The notes below the pieces were generated by a model. It was not told the DNA's origin. It made no database searches and worked only from the letters and a program-made list of their open reading frames with translations. DNA of 62,684 nucleotides, filler included, from Chiloscyllium plagiosum (lineage: Eukaryota), in assembly GCF_004010195.1 (NCBI RefSeq). It is 3 parts of one record of this genome, joined end to end, with 100 filler letters (N's around TTAATTAATTAA, not from the genome) between each part and the next. Parts side by side here need not be neighbours in the genome. Positions count along the whole stretch, not along the records: positions 24,098 to 52,131 come from NC_057712.1; 2 more parts are not named here. One strand, 5' to 3'. The translations under genes were made by a program, and so were the position numbers. This document shows, one piece after another, positions 24,752-39,270 of this stretch (positions within the stretch are counted from its first letter, which is position 1; the number at the start of each line of letters is the position of its first letter).

Positions 24752-26748
24752 TAGTTAAAAACCACAACACCAGGTAATAGTTCAACAGGTTTATTTGTAA
24801 GCACTAGCTTTCGAGGCACTGCCTCTTCACGGGTGGTTGTGGGACATGACCATACGAGACAGAATTTACAGCAAAAGGGTTACAGTGTCACGGAGTTGTA
24901 ATGATATATTAAACAACTTCAGTTAAAAATCACACACCAGGTTATAGTTTTTAAAGGTAAAGTCTGTACCAATATTGAGTCAATTCTATTTCTAAAGTGG
25001 GGCTTACAGAATCTTATATGGATTTATGCAGTTTTTGAGCAAAATAAAATGCAATTCTGCACACACAAATTCACCCCATAACCTTGTGTGTATGCACGGA
25101 CAGGAGAGACAGAATGGGTGTTAGTGCATATGGAAGTGTGCGTGTATGTGTGTAAGTAAGTTTGGTCAAGTATGTGAATGTGCAGGAGTGTGTTGGGTAT
25201 AAGCTTGTGAGAGGGTGAGTGCGTGTGTGTGCAGAAGAGAGCGCCCTTGTGTATAACAGTCTGTGTGAGAATGCGAGTAAGTGCATGCATGAGCATGTGC
25301 TCGGTCACGTATTTTTTTAGCATCTGTCTCATTCTTGGACACATGCATCTCCATCAAGAATGGGCACCTCAGCACCTCACTTGGCCGCAAACCCACGAAT
25401 AACCACACAATGCTGTGTGATTCTCCAACTTCCAACCAAAACATATCAAAACAAGAGGAGGAATGCGATGGACACCTGAAAGTGCTCAAGAATGCTCTCA
25501 TAAGAGCAGGATACGATGCTCAACTTGTCAACCGCCAGTTTCGACGTGCCACAGCAAGAAACCGCAATGATCTCCTCAGGAGACATGGGCTGCAACTGAT
25601 AGGGTACTCTTCATTGTCCAGTACTTCCCAGGAGCCGAAAAACTACACCATGTTCTTTGCAGCCTGTAACACATTATCAATGTAGAGGAGCACCTTGCCA
25701 AAATCTTCCCTACACCTCCACAACCACCAAACCTCAAATAGATCACTGCACACAGATAACTGCCCAGCCTTCAGGACAACATTGACCACAACACCATATA
25801 ACCCTGTCATGACAGCCACTGCAAGACATGTCAGAGTGTCAACACTGATACCACCATGACACGTGGAGACACCTTCCACCATATACACGGCAGTACTCAT
25901 GTTTCTTGGCCAACATTGTCTATCTCATACGCTGCAGGCAAGGAGGCCCTGAGGCTTGGTACATTGGCAAGACTGAACAGACATTACGATGTATGGACAT
26001 CGTGCAACGATCACCAGACAGGATCCTCCCTGTTGGGGAACATTTCAGCAGTCTGGACATTTGGCCTCGGATCTCCAGGTGAGTATGCTCCAAGGCAAAT
26101 TTTGGGACAAGTAACAACGCAAAGTGGCCAAGCAGAGACTGATAGCCAAGTTGAATACCCATAAGTAAGGCTTTAACCGGGACCTTGGGTTCATGTCACA
26201 CTACAGGTGATTCCACTGCAACACACACCCCAATGTCTCTCCTGCACGTGCAGAATTACATTCTACTTTGTTCAAAAACTACATAAATCCATGTAAGATT
26301 CTGTAAGCCTCACTTTAGAATTAGAATTGACTCAACATTGGTACAGATTTTACCTTTACACATTTCATGCATTGTCTGAACTGAGATGACACCTATTGTT
26401 AGATGAACTGACACTATCTTGAGAATGTAATTCTGGGATTTACATATTAAAGAATCTAAATCACCATTTCCCATTATAAAAGATGAAAGACAATTTAAAT
26501 TTGTTTAAGAACTATAACCTGGTGTTGTGTGATTTTTAACTAAAGTTGTTTAATGTATCATTACAATTCCATAACACTAACTCTTTTGCTATAAATTCTG
26601 TGTCATTTGGCCATGTTCCACAACCACCTGACGAAGAGGCAGCACCATGAAAGCTAGTGCTTCCAATTAAACCTGTTGGATTATTACCTGGTGTTGTGAG
26701 ATTTTTAAACTTTGTCCACCCCAGTCCAGCACCGGCACCTCCAAATCA
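24752..26748 (+). mobile_element. Penelope-like element (family B) with inverted 5' arm, inserted in an old CR1
   Basis: FLDTCISIKNGHLSTSL.RKPT (RT thumb), C..C..C linker, IVYLIRC...WYIGKT (GIY-YIG); 24752-25100 is an inverted copy of about 26240-26710. Confidence 0.85.
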
Positions 26749-27713
26749 AGAAAGATGTAGGAAGACTCATGGGGGTGACGTAGATCAAAAGGTCTGGAGG
26801 TTATTCGGAATAAGGAAATACAATCTCAAGATAAGGAGTAGGCCATTTAGAACTGTGAGGAGGAGGTATTCCTTTCCTTTGGGGTGGTGAAACTTTGGAA
26901 TATTCTGTCCCAGAGGACTGTGGAAGCTCAGTTTTTGAGTATGTTCAAGATTGAGACTGATAGATTTTTGCGTGTGGTTGTGTGGTGGGTATATCAAGGA
27001 AAACAGGGATAATGTTCAAGTTGAAGAGCGGCAATGATTTCATTAAATTGTGGAGCATGTTCAGAAGGCTGACTGGCCCTATTTCTTACTTTGTTATGTA
27101 AGCCAACTTGCTGATTTTATTGCAGCCAACTGATACTGCAAATATGAAGGAAATCCTGCCCCTCATGGTGCAGCATAAACAAGTACAGCCTATTATAAAA
27201 TCTCAGTTTTTAAACACAACCATTAGTTGCGTGGTCACCTGTACTGATACCAACCTTTTACTTCAAATCTATTCAATTAACTGAAATTGAATTTTTCAGC
27301 TGCCCACATTGAATTTCAACTCACATTAGGTTCATTAGCCCAGGTCTCTGATTGTTAGCCCAGTATTTTAACTGTTGTCCTACCCTACTCTCCAATATCA
27401 TTGTGTTTATTTGTTTGGTTTCTTCAGAGAGCAATTACAGGGAGGCTATATGTGTTGCTTTCCACATTGGCTGAAACAATTTAATATTGATCACCCTAAA
27501 CAATTAACTTGACTAAATTACAGTTAAAAATCTGTGCAAATTCAGTAACATCATGCTTTCTAACCTAATTATAAAATACATTTTCAATTCTAACAAAAAT
27601 ATGGAAATTCTGCATGTTATATTGAGCAACCACCTCAGAACTATGATCGTTCCTCATTTCTATCATGTTCTATCCTACACTCATTTCACATTTTTAATCA
27701 GCACCAACATTCA

Positions 27714-27884
<171 letters not shown>

Positions 27885-28239
27885 TTAGCCATTTAATCTT
27901 CAAACATTCACAATTTTACCAAAACATTTAACTGAATGAAATAACATATGCAAATATTGCTAGTAATTTACTTAACACATTTAAATATAAAGTTCTTGCA
28001 ATTTATTTAAAAAACTTCTGGAAAGGAAAGGAAACAATTTACCAAAAACTTTATTTCAAAAGCACTTTTAAAATGGCACCTATTGAAATTCTGAATTACT
28101 CAATTTCACATAATAATGTCTATTGAAACATTAGCATGACAGCCCCTCAAAGCTTTGGAAACTTAACATTCACACATTATTTAGCTGCCACTTCATTCTA
28201 TTACAATTAGCAGGAAGAAGCAAATAAATGCACTACAGC

Positions 28240-29100
28240 TGATTTTGCAGACAATGCTGAAATAGGTAGAACGGCAGGTTGTAAAAGAGATATATATAGT
28301 TTACAGAGCGAAATTGATAAATTAAATAAATGGACAAAATGTTAGGAAGTGGAGTATAACATGGAAAAATGCATAGTTTTTCATTTTGGAAGGGATAAAA
28401 AAGGTGTATTATTTAAATAGAGAAAAACTGCAGAAAGTTGTACACAAAGGGACTTGGGGTTCTTATGCACGAAACACAAAGCTAGCACACAGACAGCAGA
28501 CAATTAGAAAGACCTAATGGAATTGTGGCTCTTATTTCAAGGAGTTGGAATATAAGAGTAGGGAAGTCTTACTGCATTTGCACAGGGTGCTGGGTGAGAC
28601 CACATATGGAATGCTGTGAGCAGTTTTGGTCCCTTTATTTAAAGAAGGATATTGCTTCATTTGAGGACGTTCAGAAAAAGTTCACTAGGATGACACCTGT
28701 ATGGAGGGATTGCCTTATGAGCAAAGGCTAAATAGGTTGGGACTCTACTCATTAAAGTTTAGAAGAATGAGAGGTGATCTCATTGAAAGGATTCTTCAGG
28801 GCTTGACAGGGTAAATGCTGACAGGAAGTTTCCCCTCATGGGAGGCCAGAGGACATGATCTCAGAATAAAGGGGTGCCCAATTTAAGACTGACGTGAGGA
28901 GGAATTCTTTTTGAGGGTCAAGTATCTTTAGAATTCCTTGCCACGGACAGCTATGGGGTAAAGTCCTTCGTATATTTAAGACTGAGATGGACAGATTCTT
29001 GAAAAGTAGAGAAATCAAGGGTAGGAAGGTGGACATGACAAATATCAGAACAGGCTAGAAGGGCCAAATAATCTACTCCTGTTCCTGTTTCTTAGGTTAC
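28240..29100 (+). mobile_element. Old CR1 3' fragment
   Basis: VRPHMECCEQFWSLYLKKDI...VQKKFTRM motif. Confidence 0.85.
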
Positions 29101-30049
29101 CTGCCATTTTATTTCTGGATAAATCCTACATCAGAGCAGAAAGACTCAATGGTAGCAGTGAATTAAAAGGGCAGCCAATAAAATAGTCCAGAACCTGTGA
29201 AGTACAGGAATTATCAAATTATGGACCAAGATAGGTGTAGGGATGGTGGACAAAGGACACGATCTGGTGAAAGAGAGGAGAAGGCTATTATTCAATCAAG
29301 GATGATCAATACATCTGTGAAAATTCCCTTTGCTCAGTAGCACTTCTAACTGTAGTAGTATTTAAAAAGGAACAAATTTATAGTTTTACTAGAAACAGCA
29401 AACACAAGAAATCTTCTTAAAAGCACATCTAATTCTGAGATATAAATGACAATAGGAATTCTTAACAGTTTGGCAAAATACCTGTGTATACATGTAGTCC
29501 TCACTTTAATGATTAAAACACAATTGATTTCTCTGCGCTCCACCAATTGAACAACTTGAGATTTCTGGATTTTAACTGCTCCACCAACAGCAGTCATGCT
29601 TTTGGTTGCCAAAGCCCTGAACTTCTCTGCATGGATCCCTTTGTTCTGTCTTTTTACTAAAGATGCTCCTTGAAACATACTTTACACTAAGCTTTGGTCT
29701 TTTTTTTAAAATTCCTTCACAGGATGTGGGCATTGCTGGCTAGATCAGCATTTATTGTCCATCCCTAGAAGGCTGGAGAATAGTTAACAACCAACTACAT
29801 TGCTGTGGGTCTGGAGTTACATTTAGGCTAGAGCAGGTGAGGACAGCAGATTTCCTTCCCAAACCCCCACCCTGCCAATTTCTCATACATCACTGTTGGG
29901 GTATTCAGCTTCCAGTTCAAACTGAGCTGGAGAAAGTGCAAAGGCAATTTACAAGAATGGTTCCAGGAATTACAAACTTCACTTGAGGATAGATTGAATA
30001 TATTAGGACTAATCTTGAAAAGAAAAAGATTTTAATTAAAACAAGATTT

Positions 30050-31559
30050 GTTGTGGTTCTGTTCGCTGAGCTGGAAATTTTTGTTGCAAACGTTTCGCCC
30101 CCTGTCTAGGTGACATCCTCAGTGCTTGGGAGCCTCCTGTGAAGCGCTTCTGTGGTGTTTCCACCGGCATTTATAGTGGCCTGTCCCTGCCGCTTCCGGT
30201 TGTCAGTTTCAGCTGTCCGCTGTAGGGGCCGGTATATTTGGTCCGGATCGATGTGTTTGTTGATAGAGTTTGTGGGTGAGTGCCATGCTTCTAGGAATTC
30301 CCTGGCTGTTCTTTGTTTGGCTTGCCCTATAATGGTAGTGTTGTCCCAGTCAAATTCATGTTGCTTGTCGTCTGCGTGTGTGGCTACTAAGGATAGCTGG
30401 TCGTTTACCTCTATTGACAAAACCCTAGCCAGAGAAACAATAGCCAACCTGCTGGACATACAGAACAGACAATAGGACGTTGAACCTATCAACAAAGACA
30501 GCATACTTAAACTACTGGACTTGTGCTTCACAACACACTTCACATTCAACAACCAGATATACGAACAAATCAACGGAACACCCATGGGCTCACCGATCTT
30601 TGGACTCATAGCAGAAGCAGTAATGCAAAGGTTNNNNNNNNNNNNNNNNNNNNNNNNNNNNNNNNNNNNNNNNNNNNNNNNNNNNNNNNNNNNNNNNNNN
30701 NNNNNNNNNNNNNNNNNNNNNNNNNNNNNNNNNNNNNNNNNNNNNNNNNNNNNNNNNNNNNNNNNNNNNNNNNNNNNNNNNNNNNNNNNNNNNNNNNNNN
30801 NNNNNNNNNNNNNNNNNNNNNNNNNNNNNNNNNNNNNNNNNNNNNNNNNNNNNNNNNNNNNNNNNNNNNNNNNNNNNNNNNNNNNNNNNNNNNNNNNNNN
30901 NNNNNNNNNNNNNNNNNNNNNNNNNNNNNNNNNNNNNNNNNNNNNNNNNNNNNNNNNNNNNNNNNNNNNNNNNNNNNNNNNNNNNNNNNNNNNNNNNNNN
31001 NNNNNNNNNNNNNNNNNNNNNNNNNNNNNNNNNNNNNNNNNNNNNNNNNNNNNNNNNNNNNNNNNNNNNNNNNNNNNNNNNNNNNNNNNNNNNNNNNNNN
31101 NNNNNNNNNNNNNNNNNNNNNNNNNNNNNNNNNNNNNNNNNNNNNNNNNNNNNNNAGCCACGAAACGACACGACCAGCTATCCTTAGTAGCCACACACGC
31201 AGACGACAAACAACATGAATTCGACTGGGACAACACTACCATTATAGGGCAAGCCAAACAAAGAACAGCCAGGGAATTCCAAGAAGCATGGCACTTACCC
31301 ACAAACTCCATCAACAAACACATCGATCTAGACCAAATATACCGGCCACTACAGCGGACAGCTGAAACTGACAACCGGAAGCGGCAGGGACAGGCCACTA
31401 TAAATGCTGGTGGAAACACCACAGAAGCGCTTCACAGGAGGTTCCCAAGCACTGAGGATGTCACATCGACAGGGGACGAAACGTTTGCAACAAAAATTTC
31501 CAGCTCAGCGAACAGAACCACAACAATGAGCACCCGAGCTACAAATCTTCACCCAAACT
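30050..31559 (+). mobile_element. Penelope-like element (family C) with inverted 5' arm, spanning an N gap
   Basis: RT FTSID...FTFNNQIYEQINGTPMGSP; GIY-YIG C-terminus HEFDWDNTTII...REF.EAWH..TNSIN; 30050-30403 inverts 31170-31525; 14-bp TSD ttaaaacaagattt (30036-30049 and 31560-31573). Confidence 0.92.
31449..31488 (+). ncRNA. Minimal hammerhead motif in Penelope family C (second copy on minus strand at about 30086-30125)
   Basis: gca-CTGAGGA-tgtcacatcgacaggggac-GAAACGTT-tgc; stem II imperfect. Confidence 0.6.
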
Positions 31560-33626
31560 TTAAAACAAGATTTAGTAGAGGTTTTCAAAATCATGAAAGG
31601 TTTGGCAAGAGTAGATAGGGGAAGCTGTTCCCACTCACAAAAGGAATATGAACAAGAGGGAAAAGAGTTAAGGTGATGTGCAAAAGCAGCAATGGGCCAA
31701 ACTGTGTCCTTCTGTGCCATAACAATTCAGGGATCCGGTCATTGTGAACATATTGGTGGGTATTCTCAATGCAAATATGGGACTTAATCTCAAGGACTGT
31801 CTGGTGGTCACCGCTATTGATATCATCATGAACGATTGGATAGATTTGCAGTGAGGACAATGGCAAGTAGGCTTTTCCCCACTAGATACTGCGTCATGTC
31901 ACAGGCACAGCTTAGCAACTCTACTTTAGGCCTCAGCCTGCTCGATCATTTTGGTGCCACTGTGCCATTCTCGGTGATGGACATTCAAGTCCCTCAAGAA
32001 GGGGGAGGCTGGTAAACTAGAGAACAGCTAACATTTGATTAATTATAAAACTAATAGGTCACATATGTAACTTGTGGCAAGTCACTGAATTTCAGAATGC
32101 CTAGTTGTGGTCTGTGAAAACAATTTGATAAGTCCTTTCCAAGTCTGATCAACTTTCCACAAATATCCTGAGTTCTCACAACATGCAGATTCTCAAACAT
32201 TTCTCCTTATTCAGAAGGTACCTTATAGAATGAGCATGCTATGATAACAATCCAAATCTTTGTTAGAAGACTTCAAACAAGTAAAAGTAAACCAATAAAT
32301 GGCAGATCTGTACAACATATGGAAGAGTAGAGATACATTGCATTTCATGCCTCCAACATGCCATTCAACAAGCTTATTCTTCATTTGGATGAAGCAGAGG
32401 GAAGGCTAGTTGTGCTCATGGCCATAGGGTGGTGGGGTTAGGAGAGAAAAAAACTTTTAGAAACCCTGACACTTCATTAGCTGTTCCGCACCCATCAGTT
32501 GCCTAAAATATAGCATGTAGAATATATGGCTTTTCTGAATTTAATATTAGTTCCTTAGGCAGTCTAAAGCTCCATTTATATGCAAAAGAAACCTCATAAA
32601 GGTTGTCACATATCTAATTCTGAAATCAATGCTTCAGAAGTGACCCTACATTATATCAATATCAACATGTTGGGTTTGGAATCAGCCAAAGAGATTGCAG
32701 TTTTGTACAGACAATAATTAATTCTTCTTTCCTCAGTTTTTACTTTTGTGATCCCAACTAATGGCACTACTCAACAAGTCAGAATTCAAAGTAAATCTTA
32801 GCTTGATTGATTTTTTTTGTTTTGTTAGTTCATATGGTATTTAGTTGCCTAGAGACGTCACACAAAGTTCCAGATTTACTTTAACAGAACAAAAGTCAAT
32901 TACACAAAATAAATTTTAAAACAAACATGCTGGTCTTTAGAATTTTACAGAAAATGTATTGTGATGCATTTATATTTTCCAATTACAAGCCATTTAGTCA
33001 AGATCACAAAATAATTAGTGCCTTTTTTTGAAAACATTGTCTTTTGAATATTAATAATATTTAACTAAATTAGATCAATCTAAAGCACAGATGGAGAGCA
33101 ATGTATCAGAAGGACAAAGTATTTGACTAAAAAAGATCATTCAGTATTCTTTGGTGTTGTCTCAATTCCTGTACCAAAATACGCTTGACTACAAGTAGTG
33201 TTAATCATAACTAATTAAATTGCATACTTTTGCTAAAATCCAGATGTATTAAGAATCATATTGAAAATGGCATAGCATTTAACACATTTTTAGATCTAGT
33301 AACTGTGAAACTGATATATAGAAACAATGCTTCTGGTGCTGTATGACAGATAGCATTAAACCTAATTGTTAATGTGCTATCAGGCAGACAATATTGCCAT
33401 CCTTTTTAACACCACCACCTTTAATTGAAACTACATATGAAGGCACTGACTAAGGTCAGCTGCAGTGCACAACAGATTTCTAAAACACAGTGCCCAATGG
33501 AAAGGCTTGCTCAGCTGGAATTCTAATTCCACTTTCAAACAAAAGAGTCATTGGACCTCAGTGCCAAACCTCTCATATGAAAAAGGGGCTGTTTAAATAA
33601 TATAGCAGGGAAAAGATTAAAGATTA

Positions 33627-33881
<255 letters not shown>

Positions 33882-34661
33882 TTAATGCAAGTATTTTAAA
33901 GGCTAAGCAATAAATATATTAAAATATATAACAAAAAGCAATAAATATATTAAATATATAACAAAAACCAAATCACTGTGTATACACAAGCCAGAATACC
34001 ACACCTGCAGCCACTACTGGGACTAAGTTAACTGAAGATTTCGGTTTTTTCCCCCAATAATACTAGATTTAGAGAAATAGATGCTTCTTTGTTTTCATCT
34101 TGCCTTGCTAGTTATTCTTGTATACGCGCCTAATTTCATTTCCATAGTCTTTATCCTTTTACCTTTTCAAATGCAAAGAAAAGGAAACAAGGTGGGAACG
34201 GAGAGGTGTAGGGAGACAATGAGGGGACAAAGGAAGAAAGATTACAATCTTAAATTAGACACAGCCGCAGGATAGGAATTTGATAGTTTCTCCTCATTTA
34301 AGTTCTAAATTCAGGGGTTTGTGAATTTTTGGATTTGTCCACCAAAGGGTTGTAGATCAAGGGATTTGGGACTAGGGAGTAAGCACTGAGAGCCATAGAT
34401 TCACCTCCTGATCCTATTTTATATTTAGTCAAAACATTTTATTTCTCCATTCTGATTTCAAAAGGACATAATTTTCCTGTATTCCCTTATATCACATTTT
34501 CCTTCCACCTCCCAGCATCCCTCTAGACCAAAGTCTTAAAAATGAACCATCTGTAGCACAGTTAATGTACAGCTTTCTCCCACTTCAAATGTTACTATAG
34601 GAAACCAAAGAAAAATTGCACAAATCAAAATCTAAAAATGTGTGATTTAAACAATTCTTAC

Positions 34662-34811
34662 CAAGGATATGTTTGTAGAATGAACGTGTGAAGTAGATGT
34701 TAACCAACTGTCGGTGATAAAGTGCCAAACCTAGAATCTGCCCTGCAAACCGAAAATAATTTAGGTGGTCTGGATTCACAGAAGAATTACTGTTAGGCTG
34801 GAAGGTAGTTC
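34662..34811 (-). CDS. HACE1: HACE1 exon (G)[49 protein letters not shown](G)
   Basis: Within ORF 34585..34827; ttcttacag acceptor, GTAAG donor; 150 bp. Confidence 0.97.
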
Positions 34812-34959
34812 CTGTAAGAACAGACAAAAATCAGTTTGCACTGCAAGATAAGTCAACAACTTTAATTGAAAGTAAGATGGAAAAGATTCCAGTTTTGGAT
34901 TTTAAGATTTCAGATTGGCTCTGTACATGAAACTATTTCCTGGCAAACCCACAGAGTCA

Positions 34960-35085
<126 letters not shown>

Positions 35086-35992
35086 TTACAATACTAATCA
35101 ATTTAAAAGTATACAGATACTAAAGTTTAGCTGCCCATTCTCCTATCTCTCCCATCTTTGTGTCAAATGTGTTTCACAACCAAATTTATTGCAAAGCTCT
35201 CTCAATATCATTTAGAGCTGGTCACTTGGTGTGAATGACAATAACTTGCAAGAGTCTCCCAGTTATTTTGTATCTTCATTTGTGTACTCTCTCCTCCGTT
35301 TCACTGACTATGAGGGCATCTACACATCTAAGGCACCAGGAATCCATATTGCACTACTTCATAGCATGTTGCGAGAACTAGAAATAAACTGCCACACGAA
35401 TAGCAAATTTTACCACAAAAATCTTAAGTGGATTCATTGGAACAAAAGTAAAACAATATTTTTATAGGACTGCAGTGACAGCAGTCAGAAGAAACTAATA
35501 AGCATTGTGCAGATACATTTCAAGCAATTTCATCTGATTTCAAATTTCTTTTCACTACTGTCTAGCTCCCATTCTTGGCCACCACATAGTGAGCATTCAT
35601 TTTATACTTCCATTTGACTTTTTGACATGGTTGACTAAGAAAATCTCCTTGAAGGATTCAAGTGGAATGCAATATAACAACACAAAACAACAATTTGCTC
35701 AACAAAAATGTTTTTGTTCACTGATAATGTTGAAAAGAGTTATCAAAATGGACCTGGGAAAAAACACAATTCGGTATGTCTGGTATTACTAAACAAAATT
35801 GTCATTCAAGGGTGTCTCAAAGATCTTCATACCTTCAGAGAAAACCTTTGAATTTTACAGTACTCCTAAATAGTTGCAGTATGGATTTAAATATTTTTAT
35901 ATTGCTACCGGCATAATTTGAATCAGTCATGTGTTAATCTCTTCAGAACAATTATTTATCAAGTTTATTTAAAATTATGTACAGTAACATAC

Positions 35993-36090
35993 CATGCCTT
36001 CTTCACCATGAAAACGTACAGCTACACCTTGTTTCAATTTTTCATAGCTTGCTTTTGACACAACTTCACAGCTGCTCTGGAAAATTGAAT
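35993..36090 (-). CDS. HACE1: HACE1 exon (D)[32 protein letters not shown], start of HECT domain
   Basis: Manual translation; gtttgcag acceptor, GTATGT donor; 98 bp, phase 1 to 0. Confidence 0.96.
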
Positions 36091-37299
36091 CTGCAAACAC
36101 AAAGTCTGTGTGTTATTAAGGTTATTCCTCAACACACAATATACAAAATATAATTCACACAAAGCATTACAAGGTGAGTTTTCATTGCTCTCATACTCTT
36201 CTCACCCTTTTCTTCATGTACAAGCCCGATCTTATAAAAGTAATGCAAAATGTCATTGCATTTAGCCCTCTCACTCAGTCAATTCAGACAAGCAGCAAGA
36301 GTTCTCCAGTTTCTACTAAATAATTTGAAGGAAGAAAGTCAGCATATAACAATGCAGCAAACTCTCCACTGCTGGCCTAATCATTATTTATGTATGAACT
36401 TCTGGCAAATGCATTTTTGCTCTGAAATAGGGAAATTCAGGCACCTGATGTCAGAAATTCCCTACTCCTCAAAATTGTACAATCGCTCCTTGCCATCTGA
36501 CACACCATTCAAACCCAATGAAATGTATGCAGCACTCTTACTTAACTAATTCAGAATAAACTCACCAAAACTAAATCTTGTTCATTGAATTGAATCATTT
36601 ATTATCACATATATTCAATATAAAATACAGTGAAAACTTTATACTGTCACCTTACATAGGCGCCATTCACATTAACTTAGAATAAAACAAAGATAACCTG
36701 AAGAGAGTCCAACTTTTTCTTCTTTACTGTTAGTCTTACTCCAGGCTTCCTAGCCCACGCCATGCCGCCACGAGTGGCTGACTCTAGGCTTCACAGGCCA
36801 GCCAACTGTCGTCATGCTGCTTCTGAAGACACACTGCCACTCCAGAGCAGTACAAATATTTCTTAATAGCATGGTTAAGTCTTTATTTTTGCCAAACAAC
36901 CCCTCTGGTATTGAAAATTCATCTTAACTCTAGTATTCTATCAGTTCAGGTTTTAATTTTTGCTTGAAAATTTTAAGAAAAAAAGTTTATCTGCCTTTTT
37001 TTTTGCTAGTTTGATTCTCTGTATCTGATTGGACACCAAATTCAATATTTTAACTAGCATTTGTTACTTCCAAGTCTGCTATTCAGCAGCAATTTTCAAT
37101 CAAACTATTTGCCTTATTCACACAAGTCTCTACCCTCTACAAAAGTGCTGTGAATTTTAGATGGATTTAGGGAGCAAGTTTCAAAGTGTACAGAAGAGAA
37201 GGCATGGTCTGCCTATTGATGGTGGATTCAAGAAAACAAAATCCACCGAGTGTGGATAAGTAAAACAAAGGGAATAATATTACATTTAAATGGTGACGA

Positions 37300-37980
37300 T
37301 GTATTTGGCAACTTGAGACGAAACCAGACTATTCATAACCTGGTCTCATATTTGGCTGTTATGAGTTTCTAAACACATATTTAGATCAGTCAGACTGTCC
37401 ATTTCCATCTTCATAATATTGGTGGAGTGTGCCCTACCGCAATTCATTGACCACTGATGTTTCCATTCAAACTTTTGTCACCTCTCGACTCAACTATTTC
37501 AACACTCTCCTGGTGGATCTCCCATTCTACCCTCAATAAATTTGAGATCAACCAAAATTCTGCTGTCATTGACCTTTCTCACTCCAAGCCTGTTCTCAAT
37601 CAAATGCTTTGGCTAATGTACATCAACTTTGGATTAAGCAATGTTTTAATTTTAAATTTTTTATCCTGGTTTTCAAAATTTATCTATGGCTGCACCCATG
37701 CCCACATCTAACCTACTTCAACACTACAATCCTGCAAAATATATGTACTGTACTCACCAATTTACAGCCTCAAGCCGCTCCGATCTTAATCACTCCACCA
37801 CAATGAGATCGAGTTTTCAGCTGCCAATGCCCAAATTCCAAATCCCTCTGACTCTTTCCTCCTTTAATAGGTTCCCTAAAAACCTCTGACAAAGCTTTTG
37901 ACCATTATTTCCTGATGTAGCTCAGTTTATTCATGAGATATTTGTGAAGTACCCAAGAAAGTTTTATTTCACTAAGTCCC
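37300..37980 (+). mobile_element. Ancient L2-like LINE 3' fragment
   Basis: Degenerate similarity to L2 ORF2 C-terminus (RLNY.N.LL..LP...L..QNSA). Confidence 0.5.
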
Positions 37981-38539
37981 TGCTTAACATCAACTCATCT
38001 GACATTGTTAATAATGTTGAAGCGAATAAGTGTCAATTACATCCATTTAATATAGTGAATTTCTCTTTAGTATTATACATCACAGACAGTTCTGTGGCCT
38101 GCAATTACGTATTATCTTTTCCTTAGTGATCCCATTCCCACTCCCCTAGTCCAGTCTCTCATCACCCCGGTTCAGATTCTAAGGCACCCAGAGTCCATTA
38201 CAATAATTGGGGTTGTTAGTTGCACCTTCAGCACTGCCCTAGCACTGGCTCTGACCTGCCAATCTTACCATAGACAAAGAACCCAGATCCGTTCTTGAAC
38301 TGCCCTTCACCTGGCCCTGTCAACACTCTTAAATAGAATCCTGGGCTCCATCTAGTGGCAGACATGTTTGGTGCCAGTAGTGTTATCCAGCTGATGTGTA
38401 CACTGCCACTGAATGCAGCCCGGTCAGTCTCTACATTCTGCACTATAGTCAAGTAACTTTTTGTGTGTTCTGCTTGATATTGTATTTCTTAGATAATGTG
38501 TGAGTTATTTAATTGAGCAAGTTATTTCAACTGAGGGAT

Positions 38540-39270
38540 GCACAGAGCTGCCTGTGAATTGTACAGAGTTCGTACTTGTATACTCAATTGAATTCAATTC
38601 AGGTAAGTGTGAGGCGATGCATTTTGGGAAGGACAAACAGGGCAAGGAAATACAATGAAGGGTAGGATCCTGGGAAGCACCGAGAGTCAGAGGGTCCTGG
38701 ATGCTCATGTCCACCGGTCCATCGAGGTATTAGGGCAAGTGGATAAAGTAGTTAAGGTGGCATACAGAATACTTACCCTTTATTTGTCAAGGCACAGAAT
38801 TTAAGAACAGGAAGGTAATGCTGGGACCATCTAAAATATTAGTTAGGCAACAGCTACACCACTGCATCCAGTTCTGGTATTCACATTATGGGAGGAATGT
38901 GATTGCACTAGACAGGGTGCAGAGGAGATTTACCAAGATGTTGCATGGGCTGGAGAGTTTTAGTTTTGGACAGAGATTGGACAGATTAGGATTGCTTCCA
39001 CTGGAACGGAGGAGATTGAAAAGGGATATGATTGAGATATATAGATAATGAGGGTTAAAGACAGGGTGGACAGGAAACTTTCCCCCTGGGTTGAAGGATC
39101 AATGATCAGGAAGCACAGATTTAAGGTGAGGAGAGGAGGACTTTGTTTTAAAACCAAAATCTGGAATTCATGCCTGGAAGGGTGGTGAGGCAGAAACCCT
39201 CATAACATTTTAATAGTATTTAAATGTATACTTGCAATGCCAAGGGATAAAAGGCTATAGGCAAGTCCTG
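38540..39270 (+). mobile_element. Degenerate CR1 3' fragment
   Basis: LVRQQLHHCIQFW...RVQRRFTKML. Confidence 0.85.

Noticed and set aside
33906..33967. Two-copy AT-rich tandem repeat aagcaataaatatattaa(a)atatataacaaaa
   Set aside because: Ordinary slippage duplication in an intron
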